Assembly (NCBI GenBank): GCA_965217585.1
Contig: OZ244561.1
Coordinates: 2,272,001-2,336,000 of the forward strand
DNA: 64,000 nucleotides
Source of the DNA: Candidatus Latescibacterota bacterium
GTDB lineage: Bacteria; Latescibacterota; UBA2968; UBA8231
Direction of reading: 5' to 3'
In this document: positions 21,914 through 32,408 of the stretch, one piece after another
Layout: each line of letters starts with the position of its first letter
Position numbering within the stretch: position 1 is the first letter of the stretch
The notes under the pieces: generated by a model
Told to the model about the DNA's origin: nothing
The model's database searches: none
What the model saw: only the letters and a program-made list of their open reading frames with translations
Position numbers and translations under genes: made by a program

Positions 21914-22453
21914 TCACTTGACCAATGCGGCAATTTGCTTGAACTCCGCCGTCCCCGCCTCCTGTATCAATTCAAATAAACACATTTCCACCGCGGTGAT
22001 CTGTGCGCCAGCAGACGCCATTTTTTGCAGCCCCAGCGCCTTGTTCTCGGCTGTGCGTGCGGCGACGGCGTCGGCGACGACTTCGACTTGGTAGCCTGAG
22101 TCCAGCAAATCGCGGGCAGTCTGATAGACGCAGATATGGCTTTCGATCCCGGCCAAGAGAATCTGGCGTCGGCCGCTCTGGCGCAGTTGGGTTTGGAAAG
22201 CGCTGAGGCCACAGGCGCTAAAGCAGGTTTTGGCCAGGGGCTTTTGGCCGGAGAGCAGGTCGGCGACCTCGGGAATGGTGGGGCCAAGTCCTTTGGGATA
22301 TTGCTCCAGCCATAGGATGGGCAACCTTAGGACCTGCGCGCCCTTGACGAGAATCTGTAGCTGGCGGTAGAGTGTCTCGCGCTCGTGCATCAGCGAGGCC
22401 AGCTTGCCTTGAATGTCGATGAGGACGAGCGCGGTGTGGTCGCGGCTGAGCAT
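21914..22453 (-). CDS. Isochorismatase-family cysteine hydrolase
   Basis: LVLIDIQ, EQYPKGLGPTI, KTCFSAC, GIESHICVYQT; start taken at MLSRDH. Confidence 0.92.
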   Translation of the reverse strand: MLSRDHTALVLIDIQGKLASLMHERETLYRQLQILVKGAQVLRLPILWLEQYPKGLGPTIPEVADLLSGQKPLAKTCFSACGLSAFQTQLRQSGRRQILLAGIESHICVYQTARDLLDSGYQVEVVADAVAARTAENKALGLQKMASAGAQITAVEMCLFELIQEAGTAEFKQIAALVK

Positions 22454-23598
22454 TAGATGTATCCGGTCGAGCCATCGGGACGCGTCGGGCTGGAGCGTTC
22501 CCAATGGATGTATTCGTTGTCGGTGATGGCTTCTTCGTTGATCTCGACGCCTAGCCCCGGCCGGTCCGGCCGCAATTCGAGATAGCCGTCTTTGGGCAGA
22601 TAGGGTTCGTCAACCCAGTCGTTCCACTCGGACTCGGTCGGCAGAATGTATTCGAGAATTTTGAAGTTCGGTGCCGAGGCGCAGAAGTGCAGATTGACGG
22701 CAGTCGCCAACGGCCCCATGGGGTTGTGCGGAGCGATGCTGATGTAGTGGGCTTCGGCAATGGCGTTGATCTTGCGCATTTCGAGCAGGCCGCCGCAGAC
22801 GCAGATGTCGGGTTGGATGATGTCGGCACCTTGGTTGGCTATCAGGTTGAGAAATTCGAAGCGGGCGTAGAGGCTCTCGCCGGTAGCCAATGGCACCTGC
22901 ATTTGCGACTTGAGGCTGGTCCACGCCGGAATGTGCTCGGGGCGCATAGGCTCTTCGTAGAAAAAAGGATCGTACGGTGCGAGGGCGTTGGCTAGCTGCA
23001 AGGCGCGAATCGGCTCGAAGATCTTGGCGTGTGGGTCGAAGGCAAATTCCCAGTCGTCGGGGCAGTTGACGCGCAATTCTTCAAAGTAATTGGCCGCTGC
23101 CTTGCAGACTCGGCCCCAGCGGTTGGCGTCGGGGTCGAGCTGGTAGGGGCCGGTTTTGAAGGCGGTGAAGCCGTATTCCTCGTTGAGGCGCTTGGCTTGG
23201 TCGGAGGCCTCTTTGCCGTCGCGGCCGCCGATCCCGCGGTACACGCGCACCCGGTCGCGGGCGTGGCCGCCCAGGAGCTGATAGACCGGGACGCCCGCGG
23301 CTTTGCCGGAGATGTCCCACAGCGCGTGGTCGATGCCGGAGATGGCCGACAGGCCGATCCCGCCCGGTGGAAAGCGAAACTGCTGGTGCAGTTTCATCAG
23401 GATGAATTCGATCCGCCGCGGGTCGATGCCCTTGATTAGCTCAAAGCAATAATCGACGGTTGGGCCGACGGCTAGGTCGGGGCCGATGGAATAGGTCTCG
23501 CCCCAGCCGGTGATGCCCTCGTCGGTCTCGACTTTGACCAAGACGCGGGGGCGGTTGCCGAAGCGGGCGATGATCGGGGTGATAGCAGTGATTTTCAC
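22453..23598 (-). CDS. Galactonate-dehydratase-like enolase (MR/MLE family)
   Basis: VKVETDEGITGWGE, DHALWDISGK, FYEEP, TGESL, IIQPD, APHNP; GTG start VKITAI. Confidence 0.9.
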   Translation of the reverse strand: MKITAITPIIARFGNRPRVLVKVETDEGITGWGETYSIGPDLAVGPTVDYCFELIKGIDPRRIEFILMKLHQQFRFPPGGIGLSAISGIDHALWDISGKAAGVPVYQLLGGHARDRVRVYRGIGGRDGKEASDQAKRLNEEYGFTAFKTGPYQLDPDANRWGRVCKAAANYFEELRVNCPDDWEFAFDPHAKIFEPIRALQLANALAPYDPFFYEEPMRPEHIPAWTSLKSQMQVPLATGESLYARFEFLNLIANQGADIIQPDICVCGGLLEMRKINAIAEAHYISIAPHNPMGPLATAVNLHFCASAPNFKILEYILPTESEWNDWVDEPYLPKDGYLELRPDRPGLGVEINEEAITDNEYIHWERSSPTRPDGSTGYI

Positions 23599-23609
23599 GG
23601 CGGGCCTCG

Positions 23610-24983
23610 CTAGTGGAAAAAGAGGGGATAAGGGGCGTTTTCTGCTTCGCGTTTGATCAGGCTCATCAGCTCCATCGCGTGGTAGTCGCCCCACATGGCC
23701 GCCTCGCCGCACGGGATGGCGCGGCCTTGGGGCACGTAATCCCAGCCGTTGGGGCGATGGTAGATCGCGTGGAGGGTGATGCCTTGGTGTTGGGGATCGA
23801 CGGCGAGGTACGGCTCTTCTAGGAGGGCGCGGGCAATGGTGAAGGCCGCAGCGCGATAGCGCGTCCCCCTCGCTATGTCCCCCTTGGACAAATAGTAGTT
23901 GCCCAAGCGCAAATACCCTTGGCCGCAGATGGCCGCGGCCGAGCTGTCGAGCGGCTCGACATCGTTGTACGGGTCGGAGGGCTTGTCGGTTATCGCGCCA
24001 AAGGAGGCGACCCCAGGTGCGCCGGTGTCCCAAAATGGCACGCCGTCGGCAAAGCTGTTGGCGATGTGAAATTCAGCAGTGGCCAGGGCGGCTTTTTCCA
24101 TGGTTTGCACGATGTCGGCCTTGGTGCCGAAAGGCTCGACATCGGCCTCGCTGAGGGCGGCGAAATACTCTAGCTGCTCGGCGTATCCCAAAAGCACCCA
24201 CGACAGACCGCGAGTCCAAGTCGAGAATGGGGTGTAGCCCTGCTGGGTGCTGGGGCAGCGGTACTGGCCATCGCGGGTGTTGAAGATGGACTCGTGGACC
24301 ACGCGACCGGGTGTGTCAAACGCGTCGCGTCCCTCGCCGTAGTACACGTTGAAACGGGCGTTAGTTTGGGCGTGTTCGATCAAGCGGCCGAGCAGGCTGA
24401 TGCGCTGGTCGCCTTCGCCCATCAGCGCGTGGCCTAGCTGGTGCGCAGTCCCCAAGATGCGCAGCGAGCGCATGGTGTCGGAGAAGAGCGAATGCGGGCC
24501 GTTGAAGGAGTGGATAAAACCCGTGCCGTACGCGGTCTCGGTCCAGCGCGCGGCTTGCACGGCACCCGACAGCTTGATGGCTAGCTCGTAGAAGTCCAGC
24601 TCGCGCTGATCGTGCGGAATGCGGCCTTCGAGCATCAGGCGGCGCAGGTTGCCATAGGTGGAGAGGTTGTTGAAGCCGTGGTCGTGGACGCCGACGTGCG
24701 AGACGTGCGGTGCCATGTGCGCGATGGTGCGGTCGCGGCCGAGCGCGAGAAAACGCGCATCGTCGGTCATGTCGTACTGTAGTATGGCGCAGCCGTATTG
24801 GAAGCCTTGGGTCCACTCGGTCCAGCCTCGGGTGGTGTAACGCCCCTGCTCGGTGAAAACCGGGGTGCCGTGGTTTGGGTCCCAGGTGCGGTCGAGATCG
24901 AGGATCTTGGCACCGGTAAGGGCTAAAAAGCGCTGGATTGCTGGAAGGAGCTTTTGGGCGTTCAGGTCTTGGTCTGGTTTCAC
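23610..24983 (-). CDS. Glycoside hydrolase family 88 (unsaturated glucuronyl hydrolase-like)
   Basis: WTQGF, HDHGF, STWTRG.SW, DSSAAAI and WGDYH motifs. Confidence 0.85.
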   Translation of the reverse strand: MKPDQDLNAQKLLPAIQRFLALTGAKILDLDRTWDPNHGTPVFTEQGRYTTRGWTEWTQGFQYGCAILQYDMTDDARFLALGRDRTIAHMAPHVSHVGVHDHGFNNLSTYGNLRRLMLEGRIPHDQRELDFYELAIKLSGAVQAARWTETAYGTGFIHSFNGPHSLFSDTMRSLRILGTAHQLGHALMGEGDQRISLLGRLIEHAQTNARFNVYYGEGRDAFDTPGRVVHESIFNTRDGQYRCPSTQQGYTPFSTWTRGLSWVLLGYAEQLEYFAALSEADVEPFGTKADIVQTMEKAALATAEFHIANSFADGVPFWDTGAPGVASFGAITDKPSDPYNDVEPLDSSAAAICGQGYLRLGNYYLSKGDIARGTRYRAAAFTIARALLEEPYLAVDPQHQGITLHAIYHRPNGWDYVPQGRAIPCGEAAMWGDYHAMELMSLIKREAENAPYPLFFH

Positions 24984-25112
24984 GGGACGGTTCCTTTTGC
25001 TTGGGCAGCGAGAAGATAGGAGGGGCGTGGAGGTGGGTCAATGCGGGTTGGTGGGTCGTGGGTCGCTTGCTTATTTTCCATCGCCGCACAGACGAAGTCA
25101 AGGAGAAATCAC

Positions 25113-27650
25113 GTGAGCATACTCGACGAAGGCATTGTCTTAAAAGTAGAAGAAACCGCGGGCATTACCCGCCGCAAGTATCCCCTGACAAGGGGCGTTC
25201 CCCTGCCCCAAGGTGCCGTAGCAGGCGTGGAGAGCCTGTCTTTGCAGGATGCGCAGGGCCGGGATGTCCCGGTGCAGCTACGGGTCTTGGGCCGCTGGTC
25301 GGACGACAGCGCGAAGTGGGTCTTGGTGGACTTTCAGGCCGATGTGGAAGCGGGCAAAGAGGCCGTGTACACCTTAAAATACACCAAAGACAAAAACGCC
25401 GCGGCAGGCGTCCGCGGCGTGGAAATCGCCGAGCGGGAAGATCGCTTTGAGGTGTGTACCGGACCCCTGCGCTTTGGCATTGGCAAAAAGGCATTCGCGC
25501 TTTTTGACGGAGTAGAGCTAGGACAGCGAGCCGAGGGGTCGTTTGTCTCCGAGGTAGAAGTTGCACCTCGGGGCGGCGGCGACGCTTGGGCCAAGATCTC
25601 CGAGTCCGAGTTCACCGGAGGCACGCAGCGGCGGGTCTACGGAATGGGGGGAACGTGTCTGGCGTCAGCAGGCGTGGAGGAATACGCCGTCGAGATCGAA
25701 GAGGCCGGTCCCTTGCGAGCGGTGATTTGCTGCCGAGGGGCCTACGAGTCAACCGCGCCCATGCACCACTACGCCGGCTATCGCCCGCTGCGCTTTGCGA
25801 CCCGGATCTACGCCTATGCCGGCCAGGCGCAGGTGCGGGTAGTGCATACGGTGATCGCTACCTGCAATCCGCGTGAGACCGAGGTCGAGGAACTGGGTTT
25901 GCGCGTCCCAATCTTGCCCGCAGGCAGCGGAACTTGGCGCGTCGGGGCTGGGAGGGTCATGGCGGGGCCTTGGGTCCCCGAGCGCTACGCATTGCTCTCG
26001 CAGCGGCTGGACAATCACTTCTATTGGGAAGAGTACGAAGGCGTTGATCGCGCTGTGCGGGCCGAGGGCGAGCGCGCCGCTGGCTGGATTTGTGCCGAGA
26101 ACGACCGCGTTGGCGTCGGCGTTGCGCTGCGCTATATGGCCGAGGAGTACCCCAAGGCCCTCGGCGTAGGTGCCCAAGGCATCGACGTCTTTTTTTGGCG
26201 CGACCCAGAGGGCCGGCGGCTCAGCTTCAAGCGCTACGCCGAGGAGGTGGCTTGGCACGAGGGCGAAGGGGTCTATGCCGACGGTACGGGCACGGCGAAG
26301 AGCAGCGAGTTTTTCGTCGACTTTTTTCGCGCTGGTGCTGCCGACGGCGAGCGGTTGCAGGGCCTTTTGCACCCGCCACAGGTGAGCGTCGCGCCGGAGT
26401 GGGTGGCGCGGAGCGGGGCGGTCGGCGGCTTGGCAACCGGCGCAGAATTCCCGCGCTCCGACCGCATGTTGACGGGCTTTGTCGCCTGGATGGAAGGGCA
26501 CATCGAGCGCTATCGCTGGAAGGGTTTTTTCGATTGGGGCGACGTGATGGCCACTTGGGAAGAAAGCGCGGGCGGCTGGCGCTTTAAGGGCCGCTGGGGT
26601 TGGTGCAACAGCGAATGGGATCCGCGCCACGCCGTGTGGTTGCAGTACTTGCGCACGGGCGAGGGGCGCTACTACGCGCTCGGCGAGGCCATGACCCGGC
26701 ACTCGCTGGATGTGGATACCTGTCACTATCACCCGTTGCGGCCCTACATGGTCGGCGGCTGTTTCCGCCACAGCATGGACCACTTTGGCGACGAGCCGTG
26801 CGCTTCGCACACCTTCATCGACAATTGGGTGGATTACTACTACTTGAGCGGCGATGAGCGGGCGCGGGAGGTCTTGCACGAGGCCGGGGAATTTTTCCTG
26901 CGCTACCGCTGGAGTGAGGACCCGCGCTACAGCTTTAGCTTGCGCTCCATCGGCAACGCGCTGCGGGGTTTGCTCTACCTGTACGAGCTGACCGGCGAAG
27001 CGCGCTTTATGCGCCGCGCCGACGAGGTGTACGACGCAGTAGCGCGCGGCCAAAACGAAGACGGTAGCTGGCACAAGCGCTTCCAGGTATCCACGGAGGG
27101 CAAGCTGTCCGACCAAGGGCCGTACGGCATGGCCACTGAGGGTACGACCCTCGCGGTGGAAATGGGCACGGCGGTCCCGTTTAGCGACGAAGAATTCCTC
27201 GAGTTGCGGGGGAGCTTTAGTGCATTAAAGCGGGTTTTGCCCTACGAGGAGCAAAAGGGCTATCAGACTCACTATTTGATGGTTGGGCTGGAGCGGCTCC
27301 ACAGGATGACCGGGCGCGCGGATGTGGCCGAGGTTTTTGTGCGGGCCGTCGATTGGTTTTGCGGCGGCAAAGGCGTCTTCGACGCCGAATTTGCCTGCGC
27401 CCAAAGCTACCACGGCGTGCTCTGCGGCTCGCTGGCGTACGCTTGGCGGTTGACCGGGGAGCGGGGCTATCTGGAGGTGGGGCGCGCGGTGCTAGCCGAG
27501 TTGATTGACCAGCAGGACTGGAGCGACCGCCCGGATTACCGAGGCGCGGTGGCCATGCACCCGACCGCGTTGAGCTTGGTGTTCTTTGGCGTGCCGTCGC
27601 TACTAGGAGCGCTCGCCGAAGCTGACTTAGAGGAGATACCGAATGCCTGA
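25113..27650 (+). CDS. YetA/exo-rhamnogalacturonan-lyase-like large protein
   Basis: PLTRGVPLPQG...RWSDDSAKWVLVDF N-terminus and GFFDWGD...WCNSE core; GTG start after AGGAG. Confidence 0.6.
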   Translation: MSILDEGIVLKVEETAGITRRKYPLTRGVPLPQGAVAGVESLSLQDAQGRDVPVQLRVLGRWSDDSAKWVLVDFQADVEAGKEAVYTLKYTKDKNAAAGVRGVEIAEREDRFEVCTGPLRFGIGKKAFALFDGVELGQRAEGSFVSEVEVAPRGGGDAWAKISESEFTGGTQRRVYGMGGTCLASAGVEEYAVEIEEAGPLRAVICCRGAYESTAPMHHYAGYRPLRFATRIYAYAGQAQVRVVHTVIATCNPRETEVEELGLRVPILPAGSGTWRVGAGRVMAGPWVPERYALLSQRLDNHFYWEEYEGVDRAVRAEGERAAGWICAENDRVGVGVALRYMAEEYPKALGVGAQGIDVFFWRDPEGRRLSFKRYAEEVAWHEGEGVYADGTGTAKSSEFFVDFFRAGAADGERLQGLLHPPQVSVAPEWVARSGAVGGLATGAEFPRSDRMLTGFVAWMEGHIERYRWKGFFDWGDVMATWEESAGGWRFKGRWGWCNSEWDPRHAVWLQYLRTGEGRYYALGEAMTRHSLDVDTCHYHPLRPYMVGGCFRHSMDHFGDEPCASHTFIDNWVDYYYLSGDERAREVLHEAGEFFLRYRWSEDPRYSFSLRSIGNALRGLLYLYELTGEARFMRRADEVYDAVARGQNEDGSWHKRFQVSTEGKLSDQGPYGMATEGTTLAVEMGTAVPFSDEEFLELRGSFSALKRVLPYEEQKGYQTHYLMVGLERLHRMTGRADVAEVFVRAVDWFCGGKGVFDAEFACAQSYHGVLCGSLAYAWRLTGERGYLEVGRAVLAELIDQQDWSDRPDYRGAVAMHPTALSLVFFGVPSLLGALAEADLEEIPNA

Positions 27651-29138
27651 GAGACCCAATATCATCCTGATTATGACCGACCAACAGCGCTTCGACACGA
27701 TCGGCGCTTGGGGCTACGACTACGCGATCACGCCGGCGATGAACCGCTTGGCCGCGGAGGGGCTTTCCTTCCGCAATGCCTTTTGCCCGGGCGCGACCTG
27801 CATTGCCTCGCGGGCGGCGATCTTCACGGGTATGTATCCGCACAATACCGGCGTGTACAGCTTCGATCACTGGGCCGATCACCGCAATTGGGTGCAAGAC
27901 CTCAACGACGCGGGTTATCACTGCGTCAACATCGGCAAGATGACTTTGCTCCGCGCGATGTCGCCGGGGGCTTCCACGAGCGGGTCGTGGTGGAGAATCC
28001 CACCAGCAAGCACATCGACTTGGGCGGGGCCGACGACGATTGGGGCCGCTATCTGCGGATTCACGGCTTAGAGCGGCCCAACGACCGCAACAAGACCGAT
28101 CCCCATTGGTTGCGGAAATACCAAGGCGTCCCTTGGCACTTGGAGGAGCGCTTTCACTCAGATGTCTTTATTGGCGACTCAGCTCTTGCTTGGATCCGCG
28201 ATTACAAGGGCCAGTCTCCGTTTTTCTTGCAGGTAGGTTTTACCGGCCCGCACGAGCCGTGGGATCCGCTGCCGAGGCATCTGGAGCAGTACGCGGGGCG
28301 TCCCATGCCCCCGCGCGTGCTGCGCGAGGGCGAGTTAGCGGACAAGCCGCCCCAGCACGCGGCGCAGAGAAAGATGCACGCTGAGACCGAGCACGAGTCC
28401 GCGATCGACATGTACTCGCCCAGCGAAGAGGACATCGCCCGCATGAGGCGGCACTACTACGCCAAGATCACCACGGTGGATGAGAAGCTGGGCGAAGTCC
28501 TCGATGCGCTGCAGGCGCGGGGCTTCTTGGACAATAGCCTGCTGATCTTCTGCTCGGATCACGGCGAGCTGTTGGGCGATCACGGGCTGGCGTACAAGTG
28601 GCTGATGTACGATCCCGTGGTACACGTGCCGCTGATTGTGCGCGACAGCCGTCGGACGCAAAAGGGCAGCGAGATCGGCGACTTGGTCTCGCTGATAGAT
28701 TTGGGACCGACGATTCTAGAGGCGGCTGGCGTGGAGGTGCCCAGCTATCTGGAGGGGCGTTCGCTGCGGCCATACTTAGAGGAACCGGACGCGGGTTTTG
28801 CTCCGCGCGAGTGGGTGTTCTGCGAGGACAACTATCAGGTGATGATGCGCGGCCAGCGGCATAAGATGGTCTATTACATCGGCCAAGATCAGGGCGAGCT
28901 GTACGACTTGGAGCAGGATCCGCACGAACTGTGGAACCTCTGGGGTCGAGCCGAGCAGCGGGAACTGCAAAACGAGCTTGTGGCCCGTCTGCTGCGCTGG
29001 CTCGCTGCGAGCACTTATTACAATGCTGGCTACCGCCGCCAGCGCAGTCGGCAATACGCGATGCGCTGGCCGCGCCCGGACGACGCATTTTTACACGGGG
29101 CACGGGGGCGGGCGGTGCCGCGTTCGTTTGATCTCTAA
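27643..29138 (+). pseudogene. Sulfatase (S1, FGly type), frameshifted
   Basis: RPNIILIMTDQ and CIASR lie in one frame; GPHEP, SDHGE and ELYDL lie in the next. At 27940 GGC AAG ATG AC TTT lacks the C of the conserved GKMH(F). The span is 1496 nt. Confidence 0.88.
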
Positions 29139-29815
29139 GATTCGGAGAAGAAACCAGCGAGAAGATCGACGGCGTCCTCTCGATCTATTTTGCCGGTGTT
29201 GATCGTCAGGTCGTAGAGCAGGGGGTCGTTCCAGTCGGCGTTGTGGAAGTTGCGCAGGTAGCTCTGCCGCCATTGGTCGTGTTGCTCAATGAGTTTCTGC
29301 GCTTGTTCGCGATCCATGTCGCGGTGCTGCATCAATCGTTCAATCCGCGTTTCGAGCGGGGCGATGATCTTGACGTGGCAGGCCTTGGGGTGATCGGCGA
29401 GGATGACTTGGCTGGCTCGGCCAACGATGACGGCCTTGCCGTCTTGGCCGAACTCCTGCACGAGGGTCGTGATGAGTAGCTGGTATGTACCGCGGTCTAG
29501 GTACGTTGCTTCGCCGACCTCGTAGTCGCGCATGTGGGGAAACTCGAGCCCAAACTCGGGCGCGTATGCGGCAGCCGATAAGGGAAAAGCCCCCGGGGCG
29601 ACTTCGGGCACGAGCAATTTCTTGAGGAAGAACTTGAGCCGGCCTTCCCCCTTTTCGTCGTAGCGCTCGACCTCTTCGACCGAGGTATCCGTGATGCTGG
29701 CGATCTCTTCGACGAGGCGGCGGTCGACAAATGCGTAGTCCAGCTTGGCGGCCAACTGCTCGGCGATCCAGTCGCCAAAGCTGCCGAGCTGACGGGCAAC
29801 CGTGATGACAGTCAT
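29135..29815 (-). CDS. Cytidylate-kinase-like family protein
   Basis: VITVARQLGSFG, VIVGR and YDLTINT motifs. Confidence 0.88.
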   Translation of the reverse strand: MTVITVARQLGSFGDWIAEQLAAKLDYAFVDRRLVEEIASITDTSVEEVERYDEKGEGRLKFFLKKLLVPEVAPGAFPLSAAAYAPEFGLEFPHMRDYEVGEATYLDRGTYQLLITTLVQEFGQDGKAVIVGRASQVILADHPKACHVKIIAPLETRIERLMQHRDMDREQAQKLIEQHDQWRQSYLRNFHNADWNDPLLYDLTINTGKIDREDAVDLLAGFFSES

Positions 29816-29900
29816 AGCGAGTCTCTTAGGTTGGAAGTGCTCAGGTACCAGCTTGTACTCATCTGTAATAAGAAAGTATAAAAGGCAGGTGTTTGCCGTG

Positions 29901-30995
29901 TCAACGCTTGTGCGGCCGGCCTAGCTGCGGTCCCAAGCGGATGGAATGGGTTTTGACGAGGCAGTAGATCGGGTCGCCGATGCTGAGTTGCATTTCCTCG
30001 ATGGCTTCTGGGGTCGTCTTGGCGGCTAGCCGCCGCCCGACATCCACGTAGATAAGTTGTTTCCCCCCCACATCGGCGATTGCGCTGATGGTCCCCTGCA
30101 ACGCATTGCGCACGCTCAGCCCTTCGGGTCGCTGGCGGGCGAGGACGATGTCGTCGGCGCGGATGCCGATAAAGAGGCGGCTGCCGACGGGTTGATCGCA
30201 GTAGGGAATTTTGAGTTGCTGACCGTGGCACCGGACCTCGCAGACGCCCCGCTCAGCGTCGCTCGCTGCGATTTCCACGTCGAGGACGTTTTCAAAGCCG
30301 TGCTCTTCGACCAACGGCAGGACTTGGGGGTGGGCGGCGATGGTGAAAAAGTCGCCGTGTGCGACGACTTGGCCGCGGTCGACGACGACGACTTGGCTGG
30401 TGAGTTCGAGAATTTCGGCGACCGAGTGGCTGACGTAGAGAATGGGGATCTGGAGCGCGTCGCGGACGTGGCACAAGTAGGGAATGATGCGGTTTTTGAG
30501 TCCCTGATCGAGTGAGGCTAGCGGCTCGTCCATCAGCAGGAGGCGCGGAGAAGCGAGCAAGGCACGGCCCAAGGCGACGCGCTGGCGCTCGCCGCCGGAC
30601 AGGTGCCCCGGCCGACGCTTGAGCAGGGGACCGATTTCGAGCAAATCGACGATCTGGTCCAAGGCAAAGCGGCGCGCTGCCGTTGGCAGCAGGTCGCGGC
30701 CATAGCAGAGGTTTTCCTCGGTGCTCAGGTGCGGAAAGAGCAAGTCGTCTTGAAACACGTAGCCGATGCGGCGGTGCTCGGGCGGCAAATCGATGCGCTG
30801 AGTCGAGGAGAAGAGGGTTTGGCCGTCCAAGGATATTTCGCCGGCGTCCGGCCGCATCAGCCCGGCAACTAGGTTGAGCAGCGAGGTCTTGCCCGCGCCC
30901 GACGGCCCGTAGATGGCGGTGACGGCATGGTGGCACTCGATATCGACGTCGAGCGCGAAGCGGCCTAGCTGGCGTTGAGCGCGGAGGCGGAGCAT
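29901..30995 (-). CDS. modC: Molybdate ABC transporter ATP-binding subunit
   Basis: GPSGAGKTS, LSGGERQRVALGRALL, LLMDEP, and a C-terminal TOBE region. Confidence 0.93.
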   Translation of the reverse strand: MLRLRAQRQLGRFALDVDIECHHAVTAIYGPSGAGKTSLLNLVAGLMRPDAGEISLDGQTLFSSTQRIDLPPEHRRIGYVFQDDLLFPHLSTEENLCYGRDLLPTAARRFALDQIVDLLEIGPLLKRRPGHLSGGERQRVALGRALLASPRLLLMDEPLASLDQGLKNRIIPYLCHVRDALQIPILYVSHSVAEILELTSQVVVVDRGQVVAHGDFFTIAAHPQVLPLVEEHGFENVLDVEIAASDAERGVCEVRCHGQQLKIPYCDQPVGSRLFIGIRADDIVLARQRPEGLSVRNALQGTISAIADVGGKQLIYVDVGRRLAAKTTPEAIEEMQLSIGDPIYCLVKTHSIRLGPQLGRPHKR

Positions 30996-30997
30996 GG

Positions 30998-31672
30998 CTA
31001 ACTCGAGCGCAGACGGCGGGCCGACCACTCGCTGGCCACGAGGGCTAGCAGCGAAAGCGCGACCGAGAGCACGATTAGCCCGACGACGCGGCTTTCTCCG
31101 TCCGGTTGGTTGAGGTACGTGTAAATGGCCGAAGGGATGGTGCGGGTCTGTCCGGCAATATTGGCCGCAAAAGTGATGGTCGCGCCGAACTCTCCCAACG
31201 AGCGGGCAAAGGTCAACAGCGAGCCGACCAGCAGGCCGGGAGCGGCGAGGCGCAAGGTCACGGTCAGAAAGGCGCGGACAGGACCTGCCCCGAGGGTGCG
31301 GGCGACGCGCTCTAGGCGTGGATCCACGCTCTCAATCCCGAGGCGCACGGAGCGCAGCATCAGGGGAAAGCCGACCACGGCCGAGGCCAGCACCGCGCCC
31401 TTCCAGTCGAAGGCCAACTGGAGGTCGAGGGCTGTGAGTACGGGACCGAAGAGACCGCGGCGGCCAAAAAGCAACAGGAGCAGATAGCCGGTGACCACCG
31501 GCGGCAGGACCAGCGGCAGGTGACAGAGGCCGTCGAGCGCGATCTTGAGCGGAAACTCCCGCCGGGCCAGCAGCCAGCCCAGCAACACGGCCGGCAACAA
31601 GCTCAGCAGCACGCAGCAAAAGGCCACGCGCAGCGAAAGCAAAAGGACCTGCCCTTCCTCAGCGCTGAACAC
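30998..31672 (-). CDS. modB: Molybdate ABC transporter permease
   Basis: LPLVLPPVVTGY and FARSLGEFGATI; GTG start overlaps the end of modA. Confidence 0.93.
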   Translation of the reverse strand: MFSAEEGQVLLLSLRVAFCCVLLSLLPAVLLGWLLARREFPLKIALDGLCHLPLVLPPVVTGYLLLLLFGRRGLFGPVLTALDLQLAFDWKGAVLASAVVGFPLMLRSVRLGIESVDPRLERVARTLGAGPVRAFLTVTLRLAAPGLLVGSLLTFARSLGEFGATITFAANIAGQTRTIPSAIYTYLNQPDGESRVVGLIVLSVALSLLALVASEWSARRLRSS

Positions 31673-32408
31673 CTTGGTCGCCCAAAAAGGTAAAGCCGTG
31701 TTTGCGGAAGATGCCGGCGGCCGTGTCCGAGCTAAAGAATGCCAATAGGCTGCGGACCTGCGCACTGGCGCGGCCTTTGACGATGGCCGCTGGATAGACG
31801 ATGGGGCGGTGCAGTGAGTCGGGCACCGTCGCTAGGGTTATTACGCGGTCGCTTTGGGTTGCATCGGTGGCGTACACCAAGCCAGCGGCGCACTCGCCGC
31901 GCTCGACGTACACTAAGGCGGCGCGGACGTCGGGCGCGGGTGCGATGCGGCTTTTGAGTGCCGGCCACCAGCCCAATCTCTCTAGAGCTTGGCGGGCGTA
32001 CTGGCCGGCCGGTACGTGATCGGGGTCGCCGAGGGCCAAGCGGCCAGCGAAAGCATCGGCAAAGTCGAAGTCCCTTGCCAAGCGGATGGCGAAAGGCCCT
32101 TCCTTGGATGCAATGACTACGAGGGTGTTGCCGAGGAGATCGACGCGAGTGTCTTGCTCAATGTGCTGGCGCGCTTGGAGGTAGTCCATCCACTCGGCAT
32201 TGGCGGAAAAATAAATGTCGGCTGGCGCACCTGCGGCAATTTGTTTGGCCAAGGTCGAAGAACTGGCAACGGACAGGCGCATCCCCTCGTAGTGGGTGGC
32301 TAGCTCTGCGAGTGCGGAACTTAGGCTGGCGGCGGCGAACACGCTTTGGGCCGCTGCTAGCGCGGGGCAGAGCAAAAGAAGTAAAATGCTAAGTGTGCGT
32401 AGGGTCAT
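31659..32408 (-). CDS. modA: Molybdate ABC transporter substrate-binding protein
   Basis: Signal peptide, FAAASL, SSSTLAKQI, VPAGQYA, GLVYATDA. Confidence 0.93.
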   Translation of the reverse strand: MTLRTLSILLLLLCPALAAAQSVFAAASLSSALAELATHYEGMRLSVASSSTLAKQIAAGAPADIYFSANAEWMDYLQARQHIEQDTRVDLLGNTLVVIASKEGPFAIRLARDFDFADAFAGRLALGDPDHVPAGQYARQALERLGWWPALKSRIAPAPDVRAALVYVERGECAAGLVYATDATQSDRVITLATVPDSLHRPIVYPAAIVKGRASAQVRSLLAFFSSDTAAGIFRKHGFTFLGDQGVQR

